Shown here: positions 19,195 to 26,175 of the stretch, piece by piece
How positions within the stretch are numbered: the stretch's first letter is position 1
Layout: each line of letters starts with the position of its first letter
Assembly (NCBI RefSeq): GCF_001465295.1
Contig: NZ_CP011034.1
Coordinates: 1,890,001-1,922,000 of the forward strand
Length of the DNA stretch: 32,000 nt
Direction of reading: 5' to 3'
From: Pseudoalteromonas translucida KMM 520
GTDB lineage: Bacteria; Pseudomonadota; Gammaproteobacteria; Enterobacterales; Alteromonadaceae
Translations under genes and position numbers: made by a program
Notes under the pieces: generated by a model
Databases searched by the model: none
Told to the model about the DNA's origin: nothing
What the model saw: the letters and a program-made list of their open reading frames with translations, nothing else

Positions 19195-19833
19195 TTAAAT
19201 AATGTATAAGCTGTCAGCTTTGGTTTTAACTTGCATACCAGTCACTAATTCAACATGAACGTCGTCTTTGTTCACTTCAGTGATTATTGCATTAACAAGT
19301 GCTTGGCCAAGTTTAACCTTAACCTTATTATTAACCTTGACCTCACTTGCTGGTAAAGGTTCAATTTTTCCTGAACGCTTAACCGGTGCGGCTTTAGCTG
19401 TTTTATCTGCTGAAGTAGCATTTTTAGCAGCATGAGCAGGTTTCTTTTTGAAAGATTTTGCATCTGCATCTTGACGCGGACGTTGCTGCTTTTTGCGTTT
19501 AGCCATTTTAGCGCGGCTTTCTTCCAATGCTTTTTGTGCATGGTCGATATGCTCTTGCTCAACTTTTTCAGCTTGATTACCATCAATATCAATACGAAAC
19601 TCTGACTTAGTCACAGCTTCTAAATAACGCCAGTTAGACGTGTATTTTCTAAGCGCTTGACGCACTTGAGTCTTGCTTACTTTTTCAGACCCTTCAATAC
19701 GCTCAGCAATATCTTTAAAAATACCGACTTTAAGCGGTTTGATACCGTCTTTTTGTTTAAAACACTGCGGAAATTCTTGATATAAAAATTCCAACACTTC
19801 GTTCATATCTTTTAGCTTGTTTGTGGTTTCCAT
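19195..19833 (-). CDS. proQ: RNA chaperone ProQ (FinO-like N-domain, basic linker, Tudor-like C-domain)
   Basis: N-terminus ...EFLYQEFPQCFKQKDGIKPLKVGIFKDIAERIEG...RQALRKYTSNWRYL is typical of ProQ. The linker is lysine/alanine rich. Gene order is proQ-prc. Confidence 0.92.
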   Translation of the reverse strand: METTNKLKDMNEVLEFLYQEFPQCFKQKDGIKPLKVGIFKDIAERIEGSEKVSKTQVRQALRKYTSNWRYLEAVTKSEFRIDIDGNQAEKVEQEHIDHAQKALEESRAKMAKRKKQQRPRQDADAKSFKKKPAHAAKNATSADKTAKAAPVKRSGKIEPLPASEVKVNNKVKVKLGQALVNAIITEVNKDDVHVELVTGMQVKTKADSLYII

Positions 19834-19848
19834 TTTAGAACCTATTTT

Positions 19849-20127
19849 TCACATCTTTTCATCAAGGGACGAATCAACATAGTGTATTACCCAGTCGACC
19901 AATTCTTCGAAGTCGGCCTCAATTACAGCCATATCACCACGAAGGTGTTCCCAAATACCATTAATTGTTTCATCGATAAATTCACACTCGGCTTCGTCTG
20001 GTAGACGATCCCAAGCAATATGAATCAAATCATTGAGCGTTTCCGCTACATGTTCTTCATCGCCTTCCCAATCGCCCACATCTTGTACGGCAAAAAGGTA
20101 GTCTTGAACATTTAGCAAGTCTTTCAT
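19849..20127 (-). CDS. Highly acidic 92-aa protein of unknown function
   Basis: ATG at 20127 overlaps the msrC stop (TAATG), with GAGG 10 nt upstream. My count is 14 Asp + 13 Glu versus 2 Lys + 2 Arg. No signal peptide or TM segment. The ORF track's longer 99-aa version would start inside msrC. Confidence 0.7.
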   Translation of the reverse strand: MKDLLNVQDYLFAVQDVGDWEGDEEHVAETLNDLIHIAWDRLPDEAECEFIDETINGIWEHLRGDMAVIEADFEELVDWVIHYVDSSLDEKM

Positions 20128-20585
20128 TATAGGCTTGCCTCTAAGCATTTTACTAATGCTTCAAGACCCGCTTGATCGTCAGTATCAAATCGGCTAATAC
20201 TTGGGCTATCTATATCAAGTACAGCAAATACTTTACCAGCTTTCATGATAGGTACAACTACTTCAGAGTTTGACGCTGCATCACAGGCTATATGCCCATC
20301 AAAAGCGTGAACATCTTCTATTAATTGTGTTTGTCCGGTTGCGGCAGCGGTTCCACATACACCCTTTCCTACCGGAATTCGAATGCAAGCTGGGTTACCT
20401 TGAAACGGACCAAGCACTAATTCGGTAGGTGAATCCATAAAATAAAAGCCCGCCCAATTTACATCATCTAATGAGGTAAATAACAGCGCGCTTATATTTG
20501 CCATATTAGCAATTACATTCGATTCACCGCCTATCAGCGATTGCGTTTGCTTAACTAATGACTGGTAAAAATCGTGCTTTTGCAT
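20127..20585 (-). CDS. msrC: GAF-domain free methionine-(R)-sulfoxide reductase
   Basis: 152 aa, colinear with E. coli MsrC/YebR: NWAGFY...LGPFQG..AC.RIPVGKGVCGTAA......IEDVHAFDGHIACDAASNSEVVVP. Confidence 0.9.
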   Translation of the reverse strand: MQKHDFYQSLVKQTQSLIGGESNVIANMANISALLFTSLDDVNWAGFYFMDSPTELVLGPFQGNPACIRIPVGKGVCGTAAATGQTQLIEDVHAFDGHIACDAASNSEVVVPIMKAGKVFAVLDIDSPSISRFDTDDQAGLEALVKCLEASL

Positions 20586-20658
20586 ACCAAACTACTTCTT
20601 ATTAAACATACAGTAGCTAAAGGTACTCTTTGTCGTGAAAAATTGAAACCTTTTGCGG

Positions 20659-20697
20659 CTAAAAAAAAGGAAAATGCACGCTTTATCAGCATGCTTG
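20659..20697 (-). terminator. Probable terminator after the 126-aa membrane-protein gene
   Basis: The minus strand reads GCATGC-TGATAAA-GCGTGC (6-bp stem including one G-U pair), followed by ATTTTCCTTTTTTTT. Confidence 0.45.
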
Positions 20698-20713
20698 CTT
20701 AATAATGCTACGA

Positions 20714-21094
20714 TTATTTTTTTGCGGTTTTACGCAGCCCAAACAAAAACAGCCCTGCAGCAAACCCAGACATCACACTATTTATTAAAAATATCTCGCC
20801 CGTAGTAGCACTAAGTAAGTAACTAAAAATAGCGCCGCCTAATAAACCAAGCGTTAAAACCCCTGAATAATTTACTTTAGCGTACTTAAACATAAGTAAG
20901 TAACCTGGCACTACAAATGCGGCCATCGTTAACCCTACAATATGTGCGTTTGCTATTGCCGTCATCAATAATTGAAAAAATATTGATAAAAAGTCGCCAT
21001 TCATAGCAAGGCCATAATAAATACCCAACATACCACCAATAATGATTGGGGAGAGCAATGAAAGCCCGACACTTTTTGCAAGTTGATGTTTCAT
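20714..21094 (-). CDS. Small integral membrane protein (about 4 TM), unknown function
   Basis: 126-aa ORF with four hydrophobic segments and a basic C-terminus (RKTAKK). I recognise no family. Confidence 0.6.
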   Translation of the reverse strand: MKHQLAKSVGLSLLSPIIIGGMLGIYYGLAMNGDFLSIFFQLLMTAIANAHIVGLTMAAFVVPGYLLMFKYAKVNYSGVLTLGLLGGAIFSYLLSATTGEIFLINSVMSGFAAGLFLFGLRKTAKK

Positions 21095-21223
21095 CGTAAA
21101 ATCCTTAAATATACAAACATAAGCCTCAATAATATAAGCATGCCCTAAGCGGAGTCGCTTATAAATAGAGACTATGGTCGTAATTTATGCTTGCAAAACA
21201 AACGCGCTATTTTATATGAGGCA

Positions 21224-21250
21224 CAAAAAAGCCCGCTAATTAAGCGGGCT
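21224..21250 (-). terminator. Rho-independent terminator of the tRNA-Ser pair
   Basis: The minus strand reads AGCCCGCTTAATTAGCGGGCT followed by TTTTTTG. It starts 13 nt after the CCA end of the distal tRNA. Confidence 0.85.
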
Positions 21251-21263
21251 GTTTTGTTAATTA

Positions 21264-21354
21264 TGGTGGAGAGATAGGGATTTGAACCCTAGATGGGCTA
21301 TAAACCCATGCCGGTTTTCAAGACCGGTGCATTCGACCACTCTGCCATCTCTCC
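21264..21354 (-). tRNA. serT: tRNA-Ser (anticodon UGA), copy 2 (promoter-distal)
   Basis: The reverse complement is GGAGAGATGGCAGAGTGGTCGAATGCACCGGTCTTGAAAACCGGCATGGGTTTATAGCCCATCTAGGGTTCAAATCCCTATCTCTCCACCA (91 nt). It has a 7-bp acceptor stem, anticodon loop CT-TGA-AA, the long variable arm typical of class II tRNAs and an encoded CCA. Very similar to E. coli serT around the anticodon stem. Confidence 0.95.
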
Positions 21355-21363
21355 GATACTGCT

Positions 21364-21395
21364 ATAGTTAAAAATAAAAGTGTATTTTTAACTAT
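21364..21395. repeat. Perfect 12-bp A/T-only inverted repeat in the inter-tRNA spacer
   Basis: atagttaaaaat (21364-21375) / aaaagtgt / atttttaactat (21384-21395). Confidence 0.8.
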
Positions 21396-21455
21396 TTTAA
21401 ATAAATAAGAACTATTGATTTTAAAAACCATAACACCATTTATTTGTTAAATAAG

Positions 21456-21546
21456 TGGTGGAGAGATAGGGATTTGAACCCTAGATGGGCTATAAACCCA
21501 TGCCGGTTTTCAAGACCGGTGCATTCGACCACTCTGCCATCTCTCC
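21456..21546 (-). tRNA. serT: tRNA-Ser (anticodon UGA), copy 1 (promoter-proximal)
   Basis: 91/91 nt identical to the copy at 21264-21354, offset by 192 bp. Confidence 0.95.
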
Positions 21547-21557
21547 GCACGGCCTGA

Positions 21558-21586
21558 ATAATAGGGAAAGCGCAGAGGTTTGTGAA
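21558..21586 (-). promoter_or_regulatory. Sigma70 promoter of the tRNA-Ser operon
   Basis: The minus strand reads TTCACA (21586-21581), 17 nt, then TATTAT (21563-21558). A GC-rich discriminator TCAGGCCGTGC precedes the tRNA 5' end, and an A/T-rich UP-like tract lies upstream of the -35. Confidence 0.6.
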
Positions 21587-21797
21587 GCTTTATTTTAAAT
21601 TAATTGTTTAAGTGATTAAAAAACAACTAATTTGTTTAAAGTTAAAGCAAAAACATTCTTTATTAATTGTAATTGAACTTTTATTTAAATATTTCACTCT
21701 ATTGAACTACAAAGGTTTGCCCAAACATATAAGAGTTGTTAATCTAAATTTAGTTAAATTATCGGAACTACTCAGTTTCAACCACAGGAGCTCTACA

Positions 21798-22463
21798 ATG
21801 GCGTTTAATCAATCGTACAATACCGCTAAACCGGTAATGTCTACCATTGAAACAAACAAGGTGCTTAAAAACACCTACCTATTACTTGCTATGACACTCG
21901 CATTTAGCGCTGTTACAGCGGGTATTTCAATGGCACTACAATTACCATACTTTATGGGATTAGTGTTCACACTTGTCTCGTTCGGCTTATTATTTGTAGT
22001 AAATAAAAAAGCAGAAACTGCATCTGGTGTATTTTGGGTATTTGCTTTTACCGGCTTAATGGGCGCAGGCCTTGGCCCAATGCTTAACCACTATGCAGAA
22101 ATGCCTAACGGCCCTATGCTAATTATGCAAGCGCTGGGCTCTACCGCGCTGATATTTTTTGGTTTATCGGCTTATGCACTTAACACTAAAAAAGACTTCT
22201 CATTTATGGGTGGCTTTTTAACGGTTGGTTTAATCGTTGTTATTGTGGCAAGTATTGTTAATATTTTCATCGGTAGTTCACTGATGTTTATGGTACTTAA
22301 TGCTGCAGTGGTATTAATTATGTCTGGTTTAATTTTATTTGATACCAGCCGTATTATTAACGGTGGCGAAACAAATTATATTCGCGCAACTGTGTCACTT
22401 TACCTAAGTGTATATAACTTATTTACTTCATTACTTGCTCTACTTGGCGCAAATAATGACTAA
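21798..22463 (+). CDS. yccA: BAX-inhibitor-1 / YccA family membrane protein (FtsH modulator)
   Basis: 221 aa from ATG 21798 (AGGAG 8 nt upstream). Colinear with E. coli YccA, including the near-identical C-terminal GGETNYIRATVSLYLSVYNLF. The track's 283-aa version adds an A/T-rich, lysine/leucine-rich extension with no SD. Confidence 0.92.
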   Translation: MAFNQSYNTAKPVMSTIETNKVLKNTYLLLAMTLAFSAVTAGISMALQLPYFMGLVFTLVSFGLLFVVNKKAETASGVFWVFAFTGLMGAGLGPMLNHYAEMPNGPMLIMQALGSTALIFFGLSAYALNTKKDFSFMGGFLTVGLIVVIVASIVNIFIGSSLMFMVLNAAVVLIMSGLILFDTSRIINGGETNYIRATVSLYLSVYNLFTSLLALLGANND

Positions 22464-22483
22464 TTAAAAAGTTCTGTTAAAAT

Positions 22484-22510
22484 AGCCCCTTAATTGGGGC
22501 TTTTTTTTTG
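22484..22510 (+). terminator. Rho-independent terminator after yccA
   Basis: agcccc / ttaatt / ggggct followed by a T-run reaching 22509. Confidence 0.8.
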
Positions 22511-22518
22511 GAATAATT

Positions 22519-22872
22519 TTGTCGCGTTTCGTCTTGTCTTTACATACTCCACCCTCTGATCACGATACTACGCAGCGTTTAGTTAAATTTGCGCACGCTT
22601 GCTTAGCGCAAGGACACACCATAGACGCTATATTTTTATATCAGCAAGGGGTTTATCATGCATCAAACCACTTTGATCTTCCCACTGATGAGCTACAAAT
22701 TCCGATGTTATGGCAGCAATTAGCCGATCAAAAAATTAATTTAATGTTATGTGTAACCGCCGCTGAAAAACGGGGTTTAGACATTAAACACACCAATGTG
22801 TTTAATGTTGCTGGGCTTGCTGAATTTGCCATGCTTGCTAGTGATGCCGACAAATGGATACAGTTTAAATGA
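22519..22872 (+). CDS. tusD: Sulfurtransferase complex subunit TusD (DsrE-like)
   Basis: 117 aa with a TTG start. It aligns to E. coli TusD from residue 2 (RFVLSL.. versus RFAIVV..). The active-site Cys context NLMLCVTAAEKRG matches E. coli LNICVAAALRRG. The ending WIQFK matches E. coli RVVQF. Confidence 0.85.
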   Translation: MSRFVLSLHTPPSDHDTTQRLVKFAHACLAQGHTIDAIFLYQQGVYHASNHFDLPTDELQIPMLWQQLADQKINLMLCVTAAEKRGLDIKHTNVFNVAGLAEFAMLASDADKWIQFK

Positions 22873-23225
22873 TTAACGTACTCGTAATGAGCCAATGCAG
22901 CCCTTTTGATGACTTGCATATTCGCGACGCCCTAGACATGACCCTCATATTTGCAGCTGTCGATCAGAATATCAGTTGGCTATTTAGTGGCCCAGCTGTA
23001 CTGGCATTAAAAAAGCAACAACAACCAAATATGCTGGGTATAAAAGATTTTTTTAAAAACATTAAAACATTAGAAATTTATGACGTTGAAAATATTTACG
23101 TCTGCGAAAAGTCACTGCTCGATTATGGCCTAAACAAAAATGATTTATTGTTAGATGTGCAAGCACTAAACTTTGATCAGCAAAAAACGCTAATTAAAAC
23201 CCAGCAACATGTGGTGAACCTATGA
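22869..23225 (+). CDS. tusC: Sulfurtransferase complex subunit TusC (DsrF-like)
   Basis: 118 aa. ATGA overlap with tusD. Colinear with E. coli TusC (..LEIYDVENIYVCEKSL.. versus LGLYDIEQCWVCAASL). Confidence 0.85.
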   Translation: MINVLVMSQCSPFDDLHIRDALDMTLIFAAVDQNISWLFSGPAVLALKKQQQPNMLGIKDFFKNIKTLEIYDVENIYVCEKSLLDYGLNKNDLLLDVQALNFDQQKTLIKTQQHVVNL

Positions 23226-23512
23226 GTAACCTACAAACTAATGCTTTGAGCACCTTACATATATTTTCTAAACCCCTTAGCTACTACAGCGCAAATCGAT
23301 TAGAAAACCTAATTCAAGCAACCGATATTGTACTTCTAGTTGGGGATGCCTGTTATGCAGTAAAACAGTATCGACAATTTGCCGACTCATTGTTTATTTT
23401 AGCGCCTGATGCGAGTGCCCGCGCTATTAAACTTAATGATAACGATAAAGTAATTAGCTATGACGAATTTGTAACCCTTAGCTTATCAACCAATCAATCT
23501 ATTACCTGGTAA
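23222..23512 (+). CDS. tusB: Sulfurtransferase complex subunit TusB (DsrH-like)
   Basis: 96 aa. ATGA overlap with tusC. Its length, position and C-terminal ..YDEFVTLSL....ITW resemble E. coli TusB ..YTDFVRLTV....MAW. Confidence 0.8.
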   Translation: MSNLQTNALSTLHIFSKPLSYYSANRLENLIQATDIVLLVGDACYAVKQYRQFADSLFILAPDASARAIKLNDNDKVISYDEFVTLSLSTNQSITW

Positions 23513-23515
23513 CTT

Positions 23516-23845
23516 ATGCTTGAAATTAACAACCAACAGCTTGAAACAGACAAACAAGGTTATTTACTTGACCATACTTTATGGTCAAAAGAATTAGCGC
23601 CCATTATTGCACAGCAAGAAAACATTAATTTAACTGAGCAGCATTGGGAAGTAATTAACTTTGTGCGCAACTTTTACCTTGAATACAACACCAGCCCCGC
23701 TATTAGAATGCTGGTAAAAGCGATGGCTAAAGCGCTCGGTGAAGATAAAGGTAATAGCCTATATTTATATAAACTATTTCCTAAAGGCCCGGCAAAACAA
23801 GCGACTAAAATTGCCGGCTTACCAAAACCTGCCAGGTGCATATAA
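23516..23845 (+). CDS. tusE: Sulfur carrier protein TusE (DsrC-like)
   Basis: 109 aa. The C-terminus [10 protein letters not shown] carries the conserved penultimate-region Cys (E. coli GLPKPTGCV). Confidence 0.88.
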   Translation: MLEINNQQLETDKQGYLLDHTLWSKELAPIIAQQENINLTEQHWEVINFVRNFYLEYNTSPAIRMLVKAMAKALGEDKGNSLYLYKLFPKGPAKQATKIAGLPKPARCI

Positions 23846-24528
23846 TGAATAATAAGTCAGCTAATAAGCAAGAGTACACAGCTAAACCCAAACGTAATAC
23901 TGGCAGAACCTATTCTCGCAGCGCGCTAAAAAGCGTCGCTTCAAAAAGAGAAATAAAACCAGCAATAGCTGCACAAGATATAAAAATAGTCTTATTTAAT
24001 AAGCCTTTCGACGTTTTATGTCAATTTACTGATGATGCCAACAGAAAAACCCTTGCTGAATTTATTCCTATAAAAGAAGTTTACGCTGCAGGCAGACTCG
24101 ACAGAGACAGTGAAGGTTTATTACTGCTCACCAATTGCGGTAAATTACAAAACACCCTAACCGCACCGGGTAAAAAAACCAGTAAAACTTATTGGGTTCA
24201 GGTCGAAGGTGAGCCAAGCTCAGAGTCAATTGCTGCATTATGTAAAGGCGTAGAATTAAAAGATGGCCTTACATTACCCGCTAAAGTGAGCATCATCAGG
24301 GAGCCAACAGTATGGGCGCGTAACCCGCCAGTAAGAGAGCGAAAATTAATACCTACAACTTGGCTCAGCATAACAATAAGTGAAGGGCGTAACCGCCAAG
24401 TTAGGCGCATGACAGCTCATATTGGCCACCCTACTTTGCGCTTAATTCGCTATAGTATTGGTAAATATACCCTAGATGGCATTAATAACGGCGAGTATAA
24501 AGTGCTTACAGGTATAGAGCATACCTAA
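23845..24528 (+). CDS. rluE: 23S rRNA pseudouridine(2457) synthase
   Basis: 227 aa from the ATG overlapping the tusE stop (TAATG). Colinear with E. coli RluE: [13 protein letters not shown]...RKTLAEFIP...[19 protein letters not shown]...YWVQVEG...[24 protein letters not shown]. Confidence 0.9.
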   Translation: MNNKSANKQEYTAKPKRNTGRTYSRSALKSVASKREIKPAIAAQDIKIVLFNKPFDVLCQFTDDANRKTLAEFIPIKEVYAAGRLDRDSEGLLLLTNCGKLQNTLTAPGKKTSKTYWVQVEGEPSSESIAALCKGVELKDGLTLPAKVSIIREPTVWARNPPVRERKLIPTTWLSITISEGRNRQVRRMTAHIGHPTLRLIRYSIGKYTLDGINNGEYKVLTGIEHT

Positions 24529-24550
24529 CTGATGTAAACCAACCTGCAAT

Positions 24551-24587
24551 CGCTAATTTATAAGCCATTATTAACTTTAAATTAGCG
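24551..24587. terminator. Inverted repeat between the convergent rluE and GGDEF genes (possible bidirectional terminator)
   Basis: cgctaattta (24551-24560) / 17-nt loop / taaattagcg (24578-24587). The arms are a perfect 10-bp match, but it is A/T-rich with a large loop and only a short T-run. Confidence 0.35.
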
Positions 24588-24593
24588 TTTAAG

Positions 24594-25865
24594 CTATTTG
24601 CCTGGGCTTAGCGCAATACAATTACGCCCTTGGTTTTTTGCATAGTAAAGAGCATCATCGGCAGCTTGAATAAATGTTAAATGATCATCACACTGATGAT
24701 GATTAACAGTATTAATTCCCATGCTTACTGATAAATACCCTGTAAAGCTATCTTCATGCACAATTGCCAGCATTTCAATTGCTTTTTGAATTTGCTCAGC
24801 CACAAATAACGCCCCTTGTTTATCTGTTTGTGGTAGTAATACAACAAACTCTTCGCCCCCATAACGGGCAACAAAATCCTCTGGACGGCTCACTGTATCG
24901 GCAAGTTTTTGTGCCACAGCGTGTAGGCAATTATCGCCTGCAATGTGCCCGTAACGGTCGTTAAAGTTTTTGAAGTTATCAATATCAATTATAATGAGTG
25001 AAAGCTGACAATTTGCTAATTTAACACGAGAGTATTCATCAACAATTTTTTCATCAAAGCGGCGCCTATTGGCAATTTTGGTTAACGAATCTAAAAACGC
25101 CATTTCGCTTAAAATCTCATGTGCTTTAATCCGCTCAGTGGCGTCATTAAAAACAATCAAAAACTCGTTACCAATACTAATACCCGATACCTGCATAACG
25201 ACTTGTTCACCATTTTTGCAGGTTATTTGGTAGTCGTTTGCAGGAATATCGCCTTTATTACTTTCGGCTTGTACAAGCGACGCGCTCCATAATGCCCGAG
25301 CGGTATTTCTTTTATCTATATCTGGGTAGGCTTTTTCCCACCAGACATCTACATTGGGCGTATCATTTATAGTAAAACCAAATACATCAATATACCGCTG
25401 ATTAACTTTTAATATATCACCCGTTTCAACGCACACATTACAAATAGGCATAGGAAGCACTGTAAATAATTTTGCATAATGGCTCAGCTCGTGATTACGC
25501 ATAGGGTGATGCGTGTGAGCATTTAAATATTTTTGTTGTGGGTCGTTATGTTCGTTAAGTAATTTGGCATTCATAGTCGCTACAAAGTGCCATTCAACCC
25601 ACCATGTTTCTAAATGCTCTAATAATGCTTTTTCTATTTTTAGATTAGGGCTCAACGACTGTTCAATTAATTTAAATAACTCAACAATAGGATGTGGTTC
25701 TTGAAAAAAAATAGGGGGGGTTATTGTGATCAATTCATCAAACAAATAATAAGCTGTTTCTTTAAGTTCACTCAACGGGTTGTTGAGCAACTCACTTATA
25801 TCGGTTTTTTTTGAGTAATCTACAATAAAAGATTTTACTCTATTAACGTGAGAGGCATAATTCAT
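24594..25865 (-). CDS. Diguanylate cyclase: unknown N-terminal domain + PAS + GGDEF (GGEEF active site, RxxD I-site)
   Basis: The C-terminal domain has ...FLDSLTKIANRRRFDE...NDRYGHIAGDNCL...RPEDFVARYGGEEFVVLL.... RPED lies 5 residues before GGEEF. The ORF opens at 25943, but I favour the ATG at 25865 (MNYASHV..., 423 aa). Confidence 0.85.
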   Translation of the reverse strand: MNYASHVNRVKSFIVDYSKKTDISELLNNPLSELKETAYYLFDELITITPPIFFQEPHPIVELFKLIEQSLSPNLKIEKALLEHLETWWVEWHFVATMNAKLLNEHNDPQQKYLNAHTHHPMRNHELSHYAKLFTVLPMPICNVCVETGDILKVNQRYIDVFGFTINDTPNVDVWWEKAYPDIDKRNTARALWSASLVQAESNKGDIPANDYQITCKNGEQVVMQVSGISIGNEFLIVFNDATERIKAHEILSEMAFLDSLTKIANRRRFDEKIVDEYSRVKLANCQLSLIIIDIDNFKNFNDRYGHIAGDNCLHAVAQKLADTVSRPEDFVARYGGEEFVVLLPQTDKQGALFVAEQIQKAIEMLAIVHEDSFTGYLSVSMGINTVNHHQCDDHLTFIQAADDALYYAKNQGRNCIALSPGK

Positions 25866-26112
25866 ACATTCATTCCATTGAGTATATTTATAATAACTTT
25901 TAATTACTAAGTAATTACGCTTAAATATAACACTATAAAGCAATACAAAGCTATAACGGCTCCTACTATTACACAGTTAATATTCACACTTATTTACTAT
26001 TTATATTTATTTGGCTTGCTACAAATAACAAAAACGTTTTGCTGGCGCTATAAAAATAACTACAAAAGCACTGCATTACGGCTAAGCCTCTTTAAGCGCT
26101 GCTTAAATACAT

Positions 26113-26120
26113 GCTATAAT
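26113..26120 (+). promoter_or_regulatory. Candidate extended -10 promoter for mnmA-hflD-purB
   Basis: TGCTATAAT (TGn + consensus TATAAT at 26115-26120), 55 nt upstream of the mnmA ATG. Confidence 0.45.
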
Positions 26121-26175
26121 CGCGGCCTTTCCAAGATGTTATTAATAACAGTAATCTGTATAAGCGAAATTATTC

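Noticed and set aside
19284-19592. 102-aa ORF in an alternative frame of the same strand inside proQ
   Set aside because: It is a frame-shifted reading of the Lys/Ala-rich ProQ linker, producing low-complexity K/L/Q text. No independent start signal is present, and the ProQ frame is clearly the real one.
20586-21620. Possibility that the tRNA-Ser locus marks a genomic island or integrated element
   Set aside because: There is no integrase, excisionase or transposase ORF. The only tRNA-derived repeat is the second complete, identical gene with a shared promoter and terminator. The flanks (msrC-proQ-prc on one side, yccA-tus on the other) are core genes in conserved order.
21612-21797. 62-codon N-terminal extension of yccA proposed by the ORF track (GTG start at 21612)
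   Set aside because: The extension is A/T-rich intergenic-looking sequence with no SD. The ATG at 21798 has AGGAG 8 nt upstream and aligns with the N-terminus of E. coli YccA.
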